Source: Terriglobia bacterium (GTDB lineage Bacteria > Acidobacteriota > Terriglobia > Terriglobales > Acidobacteriaceae). Taken from it: 64,000 nt of DNA. A program made the position numbers and the translations under genes. The DNA is taken from assembly GCA_963840615.1 (NCBI GenBank), contig CAWJAA010000045.1, forward strand, positions 12,544 through 76,543. The letters run 5' to 3'. Below, in pieces: positions 47,722 through 58,816 of this stretch (position 1 is its first letter; the number at the start of each line of letters is the position of its first letter). A model generated the notes under the pieces. It had not been told where the DNA came from. It saw only the letters and a program-made list of their open reading frames with translations, and did not search any database.

Positions 47722-49290
47722 TCACTCCGGATCGGTGGGGTCGTTAAACAAGATGGTCAACTTGATGCTGCCGTGCCCGAACTGGGGGAAGTTAGGCTGA
47801 CTGGGATCCCCGGGATCCAGGGTTGAAGCGGTATCGTCCGGGGGAAACAACACCAGCGAGTTGAGGAACGAGAGCAGGGCAGAGGAGTCGTTCGGCTTCA
47901 GCGCCGCGAAGGCATCCCGCGCCGCCTGGGCTTCTCCGCCATGGCGGAGGATGACAGCATTGAGACTGATGCTGCGGCCGTCATGTCCGTAAGGAGCGGT
48001 AGTGCCAACACCCCAGAGAGAACGGGTGATGAATTGGGTCTGCAGGGTTCCGTCCCAGTTGCGCTCGTAGAAATTGCTGCCCAGGTCATGCCGCTTGAAA
48101 TCCGTGAAAATATCCTGCACTACGAAACTGCCGCCCAGGGGCAACTTGAGGTCGGGGTATCCGCTGCCGTCGTTGATGTCCTGGTATAGGGTTGAGGCCG
48201 TGGAAAACAAGCTGTTGAAAATACCCTTGACGGGGTCGTAACTGGTTTCCACGTCGGCCACGCGACGGTCGTGGTTGATGGCGAGATTGGGAACATGGCA
48301 CGAGGCACATCCGATTTTCGCGAATACCTTGCGGCCGTGATCGGTAGTGCTGGTCTGTAGGTCGTGTCCGGGCTTGAAGTAGTTGAGGAGGTAGAACTCG
48401 AGGTGGTCCGAGATCGCGGGATCGATCTCGTTTCCATTCTCAGGATCGGGAAGGGGCGGCGGACTGATGGTGTCTTTGGAGCCGTCCAGCACCATCCCGG
48501 AAGGTGTGACCACACGGCCTCCCTGGCTGGCTGCCAGTATGTCCGGGTCCGAGGAAGCTTCCAGCCCCATTTCATTATGGAAGGCTCCCACGAAGAATTG
48601 GCGGATGGAGAAAACCGAGCCTTCGGCGAAAAAGGGTTTCACTCGTAAGTCGGTGTCGACGCCTTCGACTTTGGAGGTGTCCAGGGTTCCGTCGGGGTTG
48701 GCCCTGATCGAACCGAAACTGATGCCCTTGCTGGCAAGTTTCATGGTGATCGAATGATGGGACTGGGCGGCCTTAGCCAGGGCGAGATCGCGGGTGGCGC
48801 GCAGGTCGGTGGTGATTTCATCACCCAGCATCTCTCTGAGGCCGAGTCCGAACAGGTGGGGAGTGTCGCGGCTGTCGGGACGAGTGGCCACATCTCCGCC
48901 AATACCGGCGGAGCCGCGCGGACGGCCGTGGCAGGAAGCGCAGCTATCGGACAGGCCGGCGCCAATGGCGATGTCAGTGTTCAGATCGCCGATACCATCG
49001 CCCTCGCCCGTACCCTGTCCCTGCAGGCGCGTGAACTTGCGCTGGAACACTTGCCGGCCGCGGCGGATCGAGCGAAAGGGGTCGCGATTGATGATGAAAA
49101 TCGAGGAATTGACGGTAGTCAGATTCCCCCTCCCGGCTCCGACCTCGTCGGTTAAAGACTTGTTGATGCCAGCCTTGGCGTTGCTGGTGGCCTGGGTGTT
49201 ATCGATCATTTGGGCAGAGGCGGAGACGGCTAGAAACCACAACAGTGTTACCGTACAACCACGAGCGACGACAGTACGCAATGTTTTCAT
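47722..49290 (-). CDS. di-haem cytochrome c peroxidase-like protein (DUF1111 family), second paralogue
   Basis: Signal peptide, two CxxCH motifs (CASCHGRP, CASCHVP), ..SLWGVGTTAPYGHDGR..L..VILRHGGEA.. as in 31457..32710. Confidence 0.8.
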   Translation of the reverse strand: MKTLRTVVARGCTVTLLWFLAVSASAQMIDNTQATSNAKAGINKSLTDEVGAGRGNLTTVNSSIFIINRDPFRSIRRGRQVFQRKFTRLQGQGTGEGDGIGDLNTDIAIGAGLSDSCASCHGRPRGSAGIGGDVATRPDSRDTPHLFGLGLREMLGDEITTDLRATRDLALAKAAQSHHSITMKLASKGISFGSIRANPDGTLDTSKVEGVDTDLRVKPFFAEGSVFSIRQFFVGAFHNEMGLEASSDPDILAASQGGRVVTPSGMVLDGSKDTISPPPLPDPENGNEIDPAISDHLEFYLLNYFKPGHDLQTSTTDHGRKVFAKIGCASCHVPNLAINHDRRVADVETSYDPVKGIFNSLFSTASTLYQDINDGSGYPDLKLPLGGSFVVQDIFTDFKRHDLGSNFYERNWDGTLQTQFITRSLWGVGTTAPYGHDGRSISLNAVILRHGGEAQAARDAFAALKPNDSSALLSFLNSLVLFPPDDTASTLDPGDPSQPNFPQFGHGSIKLTILFNDPTDPE

Positions 49291-49441
49291 GAAATGGAGT
49301 CCTCCCCCGGCCTCAAATGCGAGTCCACATCGGTGCGCGCAGTTCCCGTTGCGGGGCCGCGCGCAAACGTCCTACTACAGTTATCGAAAACGGGGGGCAA
49401 AAGACGACAAAGTTTCGCGGGGGAGGGGGGAGGGGCAAGGT

Positions 49442-52207
49442 TTAGCGGGTGTGGTCCCCCGCCAGTTGACGGAGGATAAAGGAGTTGTTGGGGAGTTTTT
49501 GGTTCCAGGCGCGCCAGAGGTCCAGGCGGCGGGTTTCGACGGCTTCCGCTTTGGCAGTCTGGCCAGTGCGGCGATAAGCCTGGGCGAGAGCCTCATAGAG
49601 GCGTGAGAGCCTGGGTGCATCGCGCAAATCACTGGACGGCGGTGGGTTGGCTGCCGTCACTTGGTCAAGCAATTGCTCGTAGAGTTGCACGGCGCGACTG
49701 GGAGTGCCCTGTTCGGTCTCATAATCAGACAGTGCACAGGAGACGATGTAGACGTCGCTGTCAAGTTTGATGCGTTCGGCGGGGTAGTCTTTCGTATCTT
49801 TGAGGATCGCCAGGGCTTCATCAATGCGGTGTTTGGCCTCAGAAGGCCGGTGCAGGCGGAGCAAGGCGTAGGCAGAGTTTGCCAGCAGAACCGTCTGGTC
49901 ACGCCTTGCCGGCAAACTGTTCCGAATCTCGCCAATCCGTCTCAAGGCCAGGTCGTAGACGACGAGGGCGGCTTGGGGATCGCGCTGGCGCACGATATTG
50001 CCCAAGGCAATTCCGGAGTTTGCCACGCGGCCACGACTAGTGGCGTCATTCGGATCCTTCTGGGCTGCCTCCTCGGCCAGGTTGAAAGCCCGCTGGAGGG
50101 CTTCGATGGCATCGGCGGGCCGGCCCAGATTGACGCCGCCATCCTCGCCAAGAATGAGACCTTCGCGGAGGAAGATGCCGTACTCGTCGATCATGCGCAC
50201 AGTCTGGTTCTGGTAAGCCGACTGCTCTGCTATGGTTCGTGCTTGCTGAATGGCTTGCAGCGCCCCGTCCAAATCCCCCTGGTAGCGCCTTGCATTGGCC
50301 AACAAACTGAGTCCTTGAGCCACCCGGTATTGAGCAGCAGGAATGGGTCGCACGATCTCTACGGTTCGTTCCGCGTAGGGGACCGCATCCGCGTACATGT
50401 GCATGTTCAGATAAGCCAGGGCGATGTTTCCGTAGCGTCCTGCAGCCTCAATCCGTTCAGACTCGGGAGCGTCTCCCAGGCGCAGGAATGCATCAATGCG
50501 CTGGGCCGACTTCTGCGCATATGTCAATGCATCGCCGTTACGGTGCTCCTGTTGCGCCAGGATCATGCGATCGTTGGCGATGCTGGCTGCGCGTAGGAGT
50601 GCCCTTCGGTTCTGGGGTTGGGACGCCAGCACCGTCTCGATGAGTTCGTCTGCTTTTTTCAAACTGACATCGGCTTTCGCGGGCTCACCGAGGTTGAGTT
50701 CCGCAGGCACGCCCTGAACGCGGCCAACGCGCCAGTATCCTTCGGCGATCTCCAGAGAGAGGTTCAGATCGCCGCGAGCAGCAGGAGCCAGGCCATCCAG
50801 ATATTCCAGCGCAACCGAGACCAGACGGTGGCGGGCCTGGGTGGAGCCCGGCAGATCTCGAATTTCGTGGTCCAAGTCAAAGATACGGTTGGACAGTTGC
50901 CGGAGTTGTGTGAATCGGTGTTCGGCAACCGCCCGCTCACGGTTCGCTACATAAAGGCCGGTGGAGAGACTGGCGATCACCAGGATCGAGGCCGCTACTG
51001 GAAGCCAGTGGCGCCGCAGGAACTTGGTTGCCCGATAGGCGATCGTGTCGGGCCGAGCGCTGATGGGCAGGTGTCTGAGATAGCGGTGCAGGTCATCAGC
51101 GAACAGGGAAACCGAGCGGTAGCGTTCCTGCGGGTCCTTCCGTAATGACTTGGCGATGATGGTATCGAGATCGCCGTGGAGGCGTCGCCGAAGCTTTTCA
51201 GGCGTGGTGGCGCGTGTGGCAGCGTGGTGGAGGGCGGTCTTACCTTCGGAAGCGTCCCGCTCCACGATGTCGGACATACGCGGGGGTTCGGTCTCGACGA
51301 TGGCTTTGACCAGGCTCGCGGTGGATTGAGTATGAGAGCCCGCCGGGTGTTGCCCGGTGAGCAGCACGAAGAGGAGCAGGCCCAGTTCATAGACATCGGT
51401 GGCGGTGGTTATGGGGCCGCCGGTCACTTGTTCGGGTGCGGCATAGACCGGGGTCAGCGCCGATGCGCCATCGCGTGTAAGCAGGGTCGACGCACCGGGA
51501 TGAGTTTCGTCTTCGAGCAGCTTGGCAATTCCGAAATCCAGGAGTTTCACCTGCCCGGCGGTTGTGACCAGCACATTGGAAGGCTTGATGTCGCGGTGAA
51601 CGATGAGATTGGCGTGAGCGTGGGCCACTGCCGACAGCACATCGAGGAACAGGCGGATGCGGGCATCGGCGTCGAGCGTGTGCCGGTCGCAGTATTGATC
51701 GATGTGCTCACCGTCCACGTATTCGAGAACCAGATAGGGCTGTCCAGCGGGGGAGACGCCGGCGTCGAGGAGTTCGGCGATGTGGGGGTCGGCGAGCCTG
51801 CCTAGAATCCTGCCCTCGCGTTTGAAACGCTGTTCCGCCCCGCGTCCGGCGAAACCGATGCTCAGGAACTTGACGGCAGCCTGCCGCTCAAAGCGCCCAT
51901 CATTACGCTCCGCGAGCCAGACGGTGCTCATGCCACCCGCACCGATGGGCGACACGAGTGTATAAGCGCCGATGCGTTGGCCTGCCAGCGCCGGCGGGCT
52001 GGGCAGTGGGAAAGGGGAGTGTTCGAGGAAACCCTCCTGCGCCAGGGCTGAGTGTTCTTCCAAAAGAGTATGCAGAAGGTCAGCCATGGCGGGATGCTGG
52101 CCGCGCAGCGAGGCCAGCCAGGCGGCGCGCTCCTCCTCCGGCAGGGCGAGAGCCTGGTCCAGGTAAGGACTTACATCGCGCCAGCGATCGGGGTTGAGGG
52201 TGGGCAT
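49442..52207 (-). CDS. Ser/Thr protein kinase with a TM segment and a C-terminal TPR array
   Basis: Hanks kinase motifs (GAGGMSTVW, AVK, HRDIKPSNVL, DFGIAK, APE), one TM helix (WLPVAASILVIASLSTGLYV), then TPR-like repeats. Start at ATG 52207, 7 nt after the sigma gene stop. Confidence 0.9.
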   Translation of the reverse strand: MPTLNPDRWRDVSPYLDQALALPEEERAAWLASLRGQHPAMADLLHTLLEEHSALAQEGFLEHSPFPLPSPPALAGQRIGAYTLVSPIGAGGMSTVWLAERNDGRFERQAAVKFLSIGFAGRGAEQRFKREGRILGRLADPHIAELLDAGVSPAGQPYLVLEYVDGEHIDQYCDRHTLDADARIRLFLDVLSAVAHAHANLIVHRDIKPSNVLVTTAGQVKLLDFGIAKLLEDETHPGASTLLTRDGASALTPVYAAPEQVTGGPITTATDVYELGLLLFVLLTGQHPAGSHTQSTASLVKAIVETEPPRMSDIVERDASEGKTALHHAATRATTPEKLRRRLHGDLDTIIAKSLRKDPQERYRSVSLFADDLHRYLRHLPISARPDTIAYRATKFLRRHWLPVAASILVIASLSTGLYVANRERAVAEHRFTQLRQLSNRIFDLDHEIRDLPGSTQARHRLVSVALEYLDGLAPAARGDLNLSLEIAEGYWRVGRVQGVPAELNLGEPAKADVSLKKADELIETVLASQPQNRRALLRAASIANDRMILAQQEHRNGDALTYAQKSAQRIDAFLRLGDAPESERIEAAGRYGNIALAYLNMHMYADAVPYAERTVEIVRPIPAAQYRVAQGLSLLANARRYQGDLDGALQAIQQARTIAEQSAYQNQTVRMIDEYGIFLREGLILGEDGGVNLGRPADAIEALQRAFNLAEEAAQKDPNDATSRGRVANSGIALGNIVRQRDPQAALVVYDLALRRIGEIRNSLPARRDQTVLLANSAYALLRLHRPSEAKHRIDEALAILKDTKDYPAERIKLDSDVYIVSCALSDYETEQGTPSRAVQLYEQLLDQVTAANPPPSSDLRDAPRLSRLYEALAQAYRRTGQTAKAEAVETRRLDLWRAWNQKLPNNSFILRQLAGDHTR

Positions 52208-52214
52208 GGGTACC

Positions 52215-52832
52215 TCAGAGAGAGAGTTCCCCGCGAAGGTTTTGGTGGAGATAAATGCGGGCTTTCTCCCAATTCCGCTGTACGGTGCGCTCCGATACAT
52301 CTCGCATGGCGGCGATTTCGGCGAAGGAGAAGCCGCAAAAGAATTTCAGATCCACAATCTCGGCGAGCCCGGGGTCCACCTTGGCAAGCTCATCGAGAGC
52401 GTCGCCGATGCGCTTCAGTTCGCGGTCGTCGACGGAGTTCTCCGGAACTTCGGTACCGAGCGAAGTGATCTCGAATTGGCCGCCGCGCTTCTGGGCCCGC
52501 CGGTTGCGAGCATGATCGATGATGAGTCCGCGCATGACACGCGCTGTATAACCCATGAATCGCGCGCGGTCGGGAAACGAGGAGCCCTCGCGTTCGGCCA
52601 TGTCGAGGTAAGCCTGGTGCAGGAGAGTAGTCGCGCTCAAGCTGACAGCAACTCCGTGGCGCGCCAGCTCGCGCTTGGCCAGCCGGTGCAGTTCGGCGTA
52701 GAGCACCCCGAAAAGCGCATCGGCGGCGGAAGCGTCCCCTTGCTCGATTGCGAGGATGAGCGATGCGACCACGGGGTCATTCGAATTCTCCATGCCCCTG
52801 CCCCCGTGCGCGACAGCCTCTCGTATTTCCAC
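52215..52832 (-). CDS. ECF-type RNA polymerase sigma factor (Sigma70_ECF / kinase-associated ECF group)
   Basis: ..ILAIEQGDASAADALFGVLYAELHRLAKREL.. and ..TTLLHQAYLDM.. N-terminal pattern, region 4 ..FFCGFSFAEIAAMRDVSERTVQRNWEKARIYL. Alternative start at ATG 52793. Confidence 0.85.
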   Translation of the reverse strand: MEIREAVAHGGRGMENSNDPVVASLILAIEQGDASAADALFGVLYAELHRLAKRELARHGVAVSLSATTLLHQAYLDMAEREGSSFPDRARFMGYTARVMRGLIIDHARNRRAQKRGGQFEITSLGTEVPENSVDDRELKRIGDALDELAKVDPGLAEIVDLKFFCGFSFAEIAAMRDVSERTVQRNWEKARIYLHQNLRGELSL

Positions 52833-52981
52833 TGATTAGTCAAGCTTGGGGCGATGGTACTGGGCGACCGCTGGCGGCGGGTAACCGCGCATTTCTCCGC
52901 CTAATCCCCGCCTTTTGATGGTGGTGGAGGACGGCATCTATACCAGTGGAATCGTCATCTAATGCATTGAGGATGATAAAT

Positions 52982-54019
52982 ATGAGGCTTTCATGGATGA
53001 AAGCAACGCTGGGGATTTTTCTGAGCATGGTTTTCTCGGTGTCACTGTGGGGTGACACCCACGGCGCAAATGCCGCGCTTCCGGGGACGCTTAACTATGT
53101 GGAGGGGCAGGCCTCGATCGGGGCGGAAACACTGAACTCGAAGTCGATCGGTTCGGCGGAACTGCAGAAGGGGCAGACGCTGAGCACGGATGATGGGAAG
53201 GCTGAGATCCTGCTGACGCCGGGCGTGTTTTTGCGGCTTGATGCCCATAGTTCGGTTGCCATGGTCTCTCCTAACTTGACCGATACGCAGGTCGAGATCC
53301 GGCAGGGGCGGGCGATGATCGAGGTTGCGCAACTTTACAAAGAGAACGACATACGGATTCTCGAAAACAGCACAATCACCCAGCTGGAGAAACCCGGCCT
53401 GTACGATTTTGACGCTGGGCAGAATCAGATTCGCGTGTTTGATGGCAAGGCGCTGGTGCGCGACGGGGATCGCACAGTGACCCTGAAGGGCGGACGCGAA
53501 GTGTCGCTGGATTCAGGAACTGCCTTCAAGGCCAGCAAGTTCGGGAAGAAGACGTATGAGGCCAGCGATCTGTATCGCTTCAGCAGCTTGCGGTCTTCGT
53601 ATCTGGCGGAAGCCAATGTGGATCAGGCGAGCGCATACGTCGCCGGGTTTGGCTATGGTCCGGGGTGGTACGGCGCGGGCTGGTATTGGGATCCATGGTT
53701 TAGTGCGTATACGTTCATTCCCGGAGATGGGATCTTCTACAGCCCGTTTGGTTATGGCTTCTATTCCCCGCTCTGGGCCTACCAGGCTCCCTATTACTGG
53801 GGCGGAGGCTACTACGGGAATGGGAATTATGGTTCCAGATACGGACATCCGATTGCGCGTCCGGGGTACGCGGGATACGGGCATACAGCCGTCATGCGGG
53901 GAGGGATCGGCGGCTTCCATGGCGGCTCCATGGGTGGCTTTCATGGGGGATCGATGGGTGGGTTCCATGGAGGTTCCACGGGTGGTTTCCACGGCGGCAG
54001 TGTCGGAGGCCGACGGTAG
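52982..54019 (+). CDS. FecR-domain protein with an aromatic/glycine-rich tail ending in GGFHGGSx repeats
   Basis: Signal/anchor segment, then a FecR-like beta domain (..GKAEILLTPGVFLRLDAHSSV...IRVFDGKALV..). The C-terminal 130 aa are rich in G/Y/W/F and end in four 8-aa repeats. Confidence 0.65.
   Translation: MRLSWMKATLGIFLSMVFSVSLWGDTHGANAALPGTLNYVEGQASIGAETLNSKSIGSAELQKGQTLSTDDGKAEILLTPGVFLRLDAHSSVAMVSPNLTDTQVEIRQGRAMIEVAQLYKENDIRILENSTITQLEKPGLYDFDAGQNQIRVFDGKALVRDGDRTVTLKGGREVSLDSGTAFKASKFGKKTYEASDLYRFSSLRSSYLAEANVDQASAYVAGFGYGPGWYGAGWYWDPWFSAYTFIPGDGIFYSPFGYGFYSPLWAYQAPYYWGGGYYGNGNYGSRYGHPIARPGYAGYGHTAVMRGGIGGFHGGSMGGFHGGSMGGFHGGSTGGFHGGSVGGRR
53909..54010 (+). repeat. four tandem 24-bp coding repeats (GGFHGGS[M/T/V])
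   Basis: The units at 53909, 53933, 53957 and 53981 differ mostly at synonymous positions while the peptide repeat is conserved. Confidence 0.85.
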
Positions 54020-54038
54020 GATTGAGTCTGGTAAGCGA

Positions 54039-54068
54039 ACGGGCGCTGCGGCGCCCGTCTTTTTTTTT
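54039..54068 (+). terminator. rho-independent terminator
   Basis: ACGGGCGC / GCGCCCGT stem with a 4-nt loop, followed by a CT then T8 run. Confidence 0.8.
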
Positions 54069-54200
54069 GCGTAGGGCGAGGTCATGGCTTCAGCCACCGG
54101 GGCAGACGGAAGCAGCCGCTCGCTTGACCGTGGAGGTCTACGTTACGGGCGCGCAGGTTTCCGCGGTTCCAGCGTCTAAACTTCCCCTCGAAACCAGCCG

Positions 54201-56156
54201 ATGTTGTACTTGCAGGATTACGGCCTGCCGTCGGTGACCCTTATGATGCCCGGGCCTTCAGTTGCGGTGCTGATGATTTCGCATCCGCCGGTGCCGACCG
54301 ACGGTGGACTTTGGCCCGTGCATCTTGAGGCTTGGAGCGGCTGGCTGGTGGGGATTCTGGTGGCTCTGCTGGCGTACCAGCAGTGGCGGCTCTACCGCTT
54401 TCGCCGGGAGGCGGCGAAGAGAGAGGAACTGTTTCGCATTGTCGCGGAGAATGCGGCGGACATGATCGCTTTAGTCGATGTGAAGGGAAGGCGTCTGTAC
54501 AACAGTCCGGCGTACGAGAAAGTGCTGGGCTACTCGCTGGCGGAACTGGCCAAGACGTCGTCGTTCGAACAGATTCACCAGGACGATCGCTACCGGGTGC
54601 TGGAGGCGGCGCGAGAGGCGCGTCGAAGCGGAGTGGGGAAGAAGCTGGAATACCGCATACGGCACAAGAATGGAAGCTGGAGAGTGTTGGAGTCGACGGC
54701 GAGCACGATCAAAAACCGGCAGGGAGAAGTCGAGAAACTCGTCATCGTCAATCGCGACGTCACCGACCGCAAGCGGGCGGAAGAACAACTGGAACACAAT
54801 TCCTTTCACGATGCTTTGACCGGACTGCCGAACCGGCGACTATTTCTCGATCGCTTGCAGCATTGCCGCGAGCGGGCGCAACGGAATTCGGATTATGAGT
54901 ACGCGGTCCTGTTGCTGGACGTGGACGGCTTTAGCCGGTTCAACGACACCATGGGACAAGCTGCGGGCGATCGCATGATCATCGAAATTGGCAAGCGACT
55001 GGAAGCGTGCTTGCGCCAGGACGACACGGAGGCGCATTCACAGGGCCGGCTTCCTATTCCCGACCCGCTGCTCTCCAGACTGGGTGGCGACGAGTTCACG
55101 ATTCTGCTGGAAGGGATTGCTGATCCGAGCGATGCCATGCGCGTTGGCAAGCGAATTCAGGATGCGTTAGCGGCGCCCTGGACGGCCGAGGGCCAGCAAC
55201 TGCTGGCGACGGCGAGCATAGGAGTCGCGCTGACCGCATCGGTCGAGGATCGGACCGAAGATCTGCTGCAGGATGCCGATACCGCCATGCGCCGGGCGAA
55301 GGCGCTGGGCGGATCACGGTGTGAAGTATTTGACCAAGGCATGCACACCCGCGCCATGAACCGGCTGCGCCTGGAAGCGGAATTACGGACCGCTCTCGAT
55401 CAACATCAATTCCAGCTGTATTACCAGCCGATTGTCCATTTGCCGACGAAACAAATCAGCGGATTTGAGGCGCTGCTGCGGTGGAGGCATCCGCAACAAG
55501 GCGTGATCGCCGCGGATAAGTTCATTGAAGTGGCCGAGGATGTTGGGCTGATTGTTGCGGCAGGGAAATGGGTGCTGGGAGAAGCCTGCCGCCAGATAAA
55601 GACATGGCAGGCTCGATATCCATCCGCTGCCGATTTGACCATGACGGTCAACCTTTCGGCCCGGCAACTGGCGCACGCCCACCTGGTGGAGGACATCAAG
55701 GCGGCGGTGCACCAGACTCAACTCGATCCGGGAAGGCTGCAGGTGGAGATGAGGGAAAGCGTGGCCATGACGGACGCTAAATTGACATATGAGGTTCTGA
55801 CCCAGCTCAAGTACCTGGGAGTTCGCATCAGCCTGGGCGATTTTGGCGTAGGGTATTCCTCGCTGAGCTGGTTGCGGCGTTTGCCACTCGACGAACTGAA
55901 AATTGACCGCTCGCTGACCAACAGTGCGCTGACCGACCGTCACGGCAGCGACATGGTGAAACTGATTGTCACCCTGGCGCGTGGATTGAAACTGAAGATT
56001 GTCGCGGAAGGAGTCGAGAGTGCGGTGCAGTTGAACCTGCTGGAGGGGCTGGGCTGCGACTTGGGGCAAGGCTATTTGTTTTCGCGTCCGGTGGAGGCAG
56101 GGCGAGTAGAGCAGTTACTGCAATCCGGGTTCAGGATGGGTGCGGCAGGTAAGTAA
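54201..56156 (+). CDS. membrane-anchored PAS-GGDEF-EAL signalling protein (c-di-GMP turnover)
   Basis: TM helix, a PAS segment (..IVAENAADMIALVDVKGRRLYNSPAYE..), a GGDEF domain (RLGGDEFTILL) and an EAL domain (FEALLRW, ..DELKIDRS.., ..VAEGVES..). The start codon is uncertain (54201 or 54246). Confidence 0.9.
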   Translation: MLYLQDYGLPSVTLMMPGPSVAVLMISHPPVPTDGGLWPVHLEAWSGWLVGILVALLAYQQWRLYRFRREAAKREELFRIVAENAADMIALVDVKGRRLYNSPAYEKVLGYSLAELAKTSSFEQIHQDDRYRVLEAAREARRSGVGKKLEYRIRHKNGSWRVLESTASTIKNRQGEVEKLVIVNRDVTDRKRAEEQLEHNSFHDALTGLPNRRLFLDRLQHCRERAQRNSDYEYAVLLLDVDGFSRFNDTMGQAAGDRMIIEIGKRLEACLRQDDTEAHSQGRLPIPDPLLSRLGGDEFTILLEGIADPSDAMRVGKRIQDALAAPWTAEGQQLLATASIGVALTASVEDRTEDLLQDADTAMRRAKALGGSRCEVFDQGMHTRAMNRLRLEAELRTALDQHQFQLYYQPIVHLPTKQISGFEALLRWRHPQQGVIAADKFIEVAEDVGLIVAAGKWVLGEACRQIKTWQARYPSAADLTMTVNLSARQLAHAHLVEDIKAAVHQTQLDPGRLQVEMRESVAMTDAKLTYEVLTQLKYLGVRISLGDFGVGYSSLSWLRRLPLDELKIDRSLTNSALTDRHGSDMVKLIVTLARGLKLKIVAEGVESAVQLNLLEGLGCDLGQGYLFSRPVEAGRVEQLLQSGFRMGAAGK

Positions 56157-56158
56157 AA

Positions 56159-56248
56159 TGGCGGAGAGGGTGGGATTTGAACCCACGATACCCGTTAAGG
56201 TATGTCCGCTTTCGAGGCGGATCGTTTCAACCGCTCACGCACCTCTCC
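56159..56248 (-). tRNA. tRNA-Ser (anticodon CGA), CCA encoded
   Basis: The reverse complement GGAGAGGTGCGTGAGCGGTTGAAACGATCCGCCTCGAAAGCGGACATACC..GGGTTCAAATCCCACCCTCTCCGCCA folds with a 7-bp acceptor stem, U8, a 3-bp D stem, anticodon loop CU-CGA-AA, a long variable arm, a TPsiC arm and discriminator G. Confidence 0.9.
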
Positions 56249-56292
56249 GCAACAAACAGTCTTCAGTCGTCGGTCTTCAGTCGTCAGGCAAA

Positions 56293-56322
56293 GCAGATTC
56301 GCTTCGCTCGGAATGATAACAA
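56293..56322 (+). repeat. copy of dispersed motif family A
   Basis: GCAGATTCGCTTCGCTCGGAATGATAACAA is a degenerate copy of the motif at 32786. It is preceded by a short direct repeat, GTCTTCAGTCGTC x2 (56262-56287). Confidence 0.45.
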
Positions 56323-56341
56323 CCTGTGGACAACGACTTTT

Positions 56342-56836
56342 CTAACGACGGCTTTTAAAGAACGATTGCAGTAAATCCGCGCAACGGCCAGCCAAGACGC
56401 CTCCGCGGACTTCCATCTGGTGGTTGAGCCTGGGGTGGTTCAGCACCCCCAGCACCGAGTGGACCGCGCCCGCTTTGGGGTCGTCGGCTCCGTACACCAG
56501 GCGTTTGATTCTCGAGTGAATCAGGGCGCCGGCGCACATGGCGCACGGTTCAATTGTAGCAAACAGCTCACAGTCTTCCAGGCGGTAGTTCCCCATGGCG
56601 GAGCCGGCGTGGCGCAGAGCTACGATTTCGGCGTGGGCTGTGGGATCGGAATCGGTAAGGCTGCGGTTCCATCCGCGGGCAATGATGTTGCCTTGATGGA
56701 CGACGACGGCGCCGACCGGGACCTCTCCGGCGTCGAGGGCGCGCTGGGCGGCGCGGAGAGCTTCCTCCATGAATAATTCGTCGGAGGCGGTCGTGGTTTT
56801 TTGGTCGTCGGTCAATGGGATTCGGGAGCCGGCCAC
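56342..56836 (-). CDS. tadA: tRNA adenosine(34) deaminase
   Basis: EVPVGAVVV....I..G.N, HAEIVALR and PCAMCAGAL zinc motifs of the CDA-fold TadA. The N-terminal 20 aa may be an over-extension. Confidence 0.9.
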   Translation of the reverse strand: MAGSRIPLTDDQKTTTASDELFMEEALRAAQRALDAGEVPVGAVVVHQGNIIARGWNRSLTDSDPTAHAEIVALRHAGSAMGNYRLEDCELFATIEPCAMCAGALIHSRIKRLVYGADDPKAGAVHSVLGVLNHPRLNHQMEVRGGVLAGRCADLLQSFFKSRR

Positions 56837-57009
56837 CAGAGCTGGGTGCCGGGGTCGATTCCAGTAAAGCCTGAGGCGGCGTTTGCGGTCAACTGGGGGG
56901 TAGAGAAGGGACGGGGAACCGGGTCAGAGAAGGTCCAGGAGGTCAAGCGTCAGGGCGCGCCGGCGCTACTTAGGGGGAAGCTCGCGCTTCCCCCTTCGAA
57001 GCGCGCGAT

Positions 57010-58509
<1,500 letters not shown>

Positions 58510-58816
58510 GTCTTCCTCCTCAGTGTAGACGTAGGGCACGGAAGGGAACGGTGATCACAATGGTTGGAATGGCACAGGAGCGGAACCCGGCGTCGGGCAG
58601 TGCGCCACTCTCAACGATGGGGGGAATTGTAACGCTTTTCCTGGTGGCCGGCACGAGCCGCGCAGAATTTTCTGCCTGATCGCCGGGGGGACGACGTGCT
58701 TCGGTTGTGCGGTAAACGGCGTCAGGCGGCTTTCTTCGGAACCCTCGCACCCTGCTTGCGAGCCTTGCGGCGCCGGCGCCCGGTTTTGTGGCGGAAGAGT
58801 ACGATGTCGAACAGTC

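Noticed and set aside
56159-56341. tRNA-Ser as an integration hotspot or genomic island boundary
   Set aside because: There is no integrase, no direct repeat of the tRNA 3' end and no compositional shift nearby. The flanking genes (GGDEF-EAL, tadA, ALDH) look like ordinary chromosomal genes.
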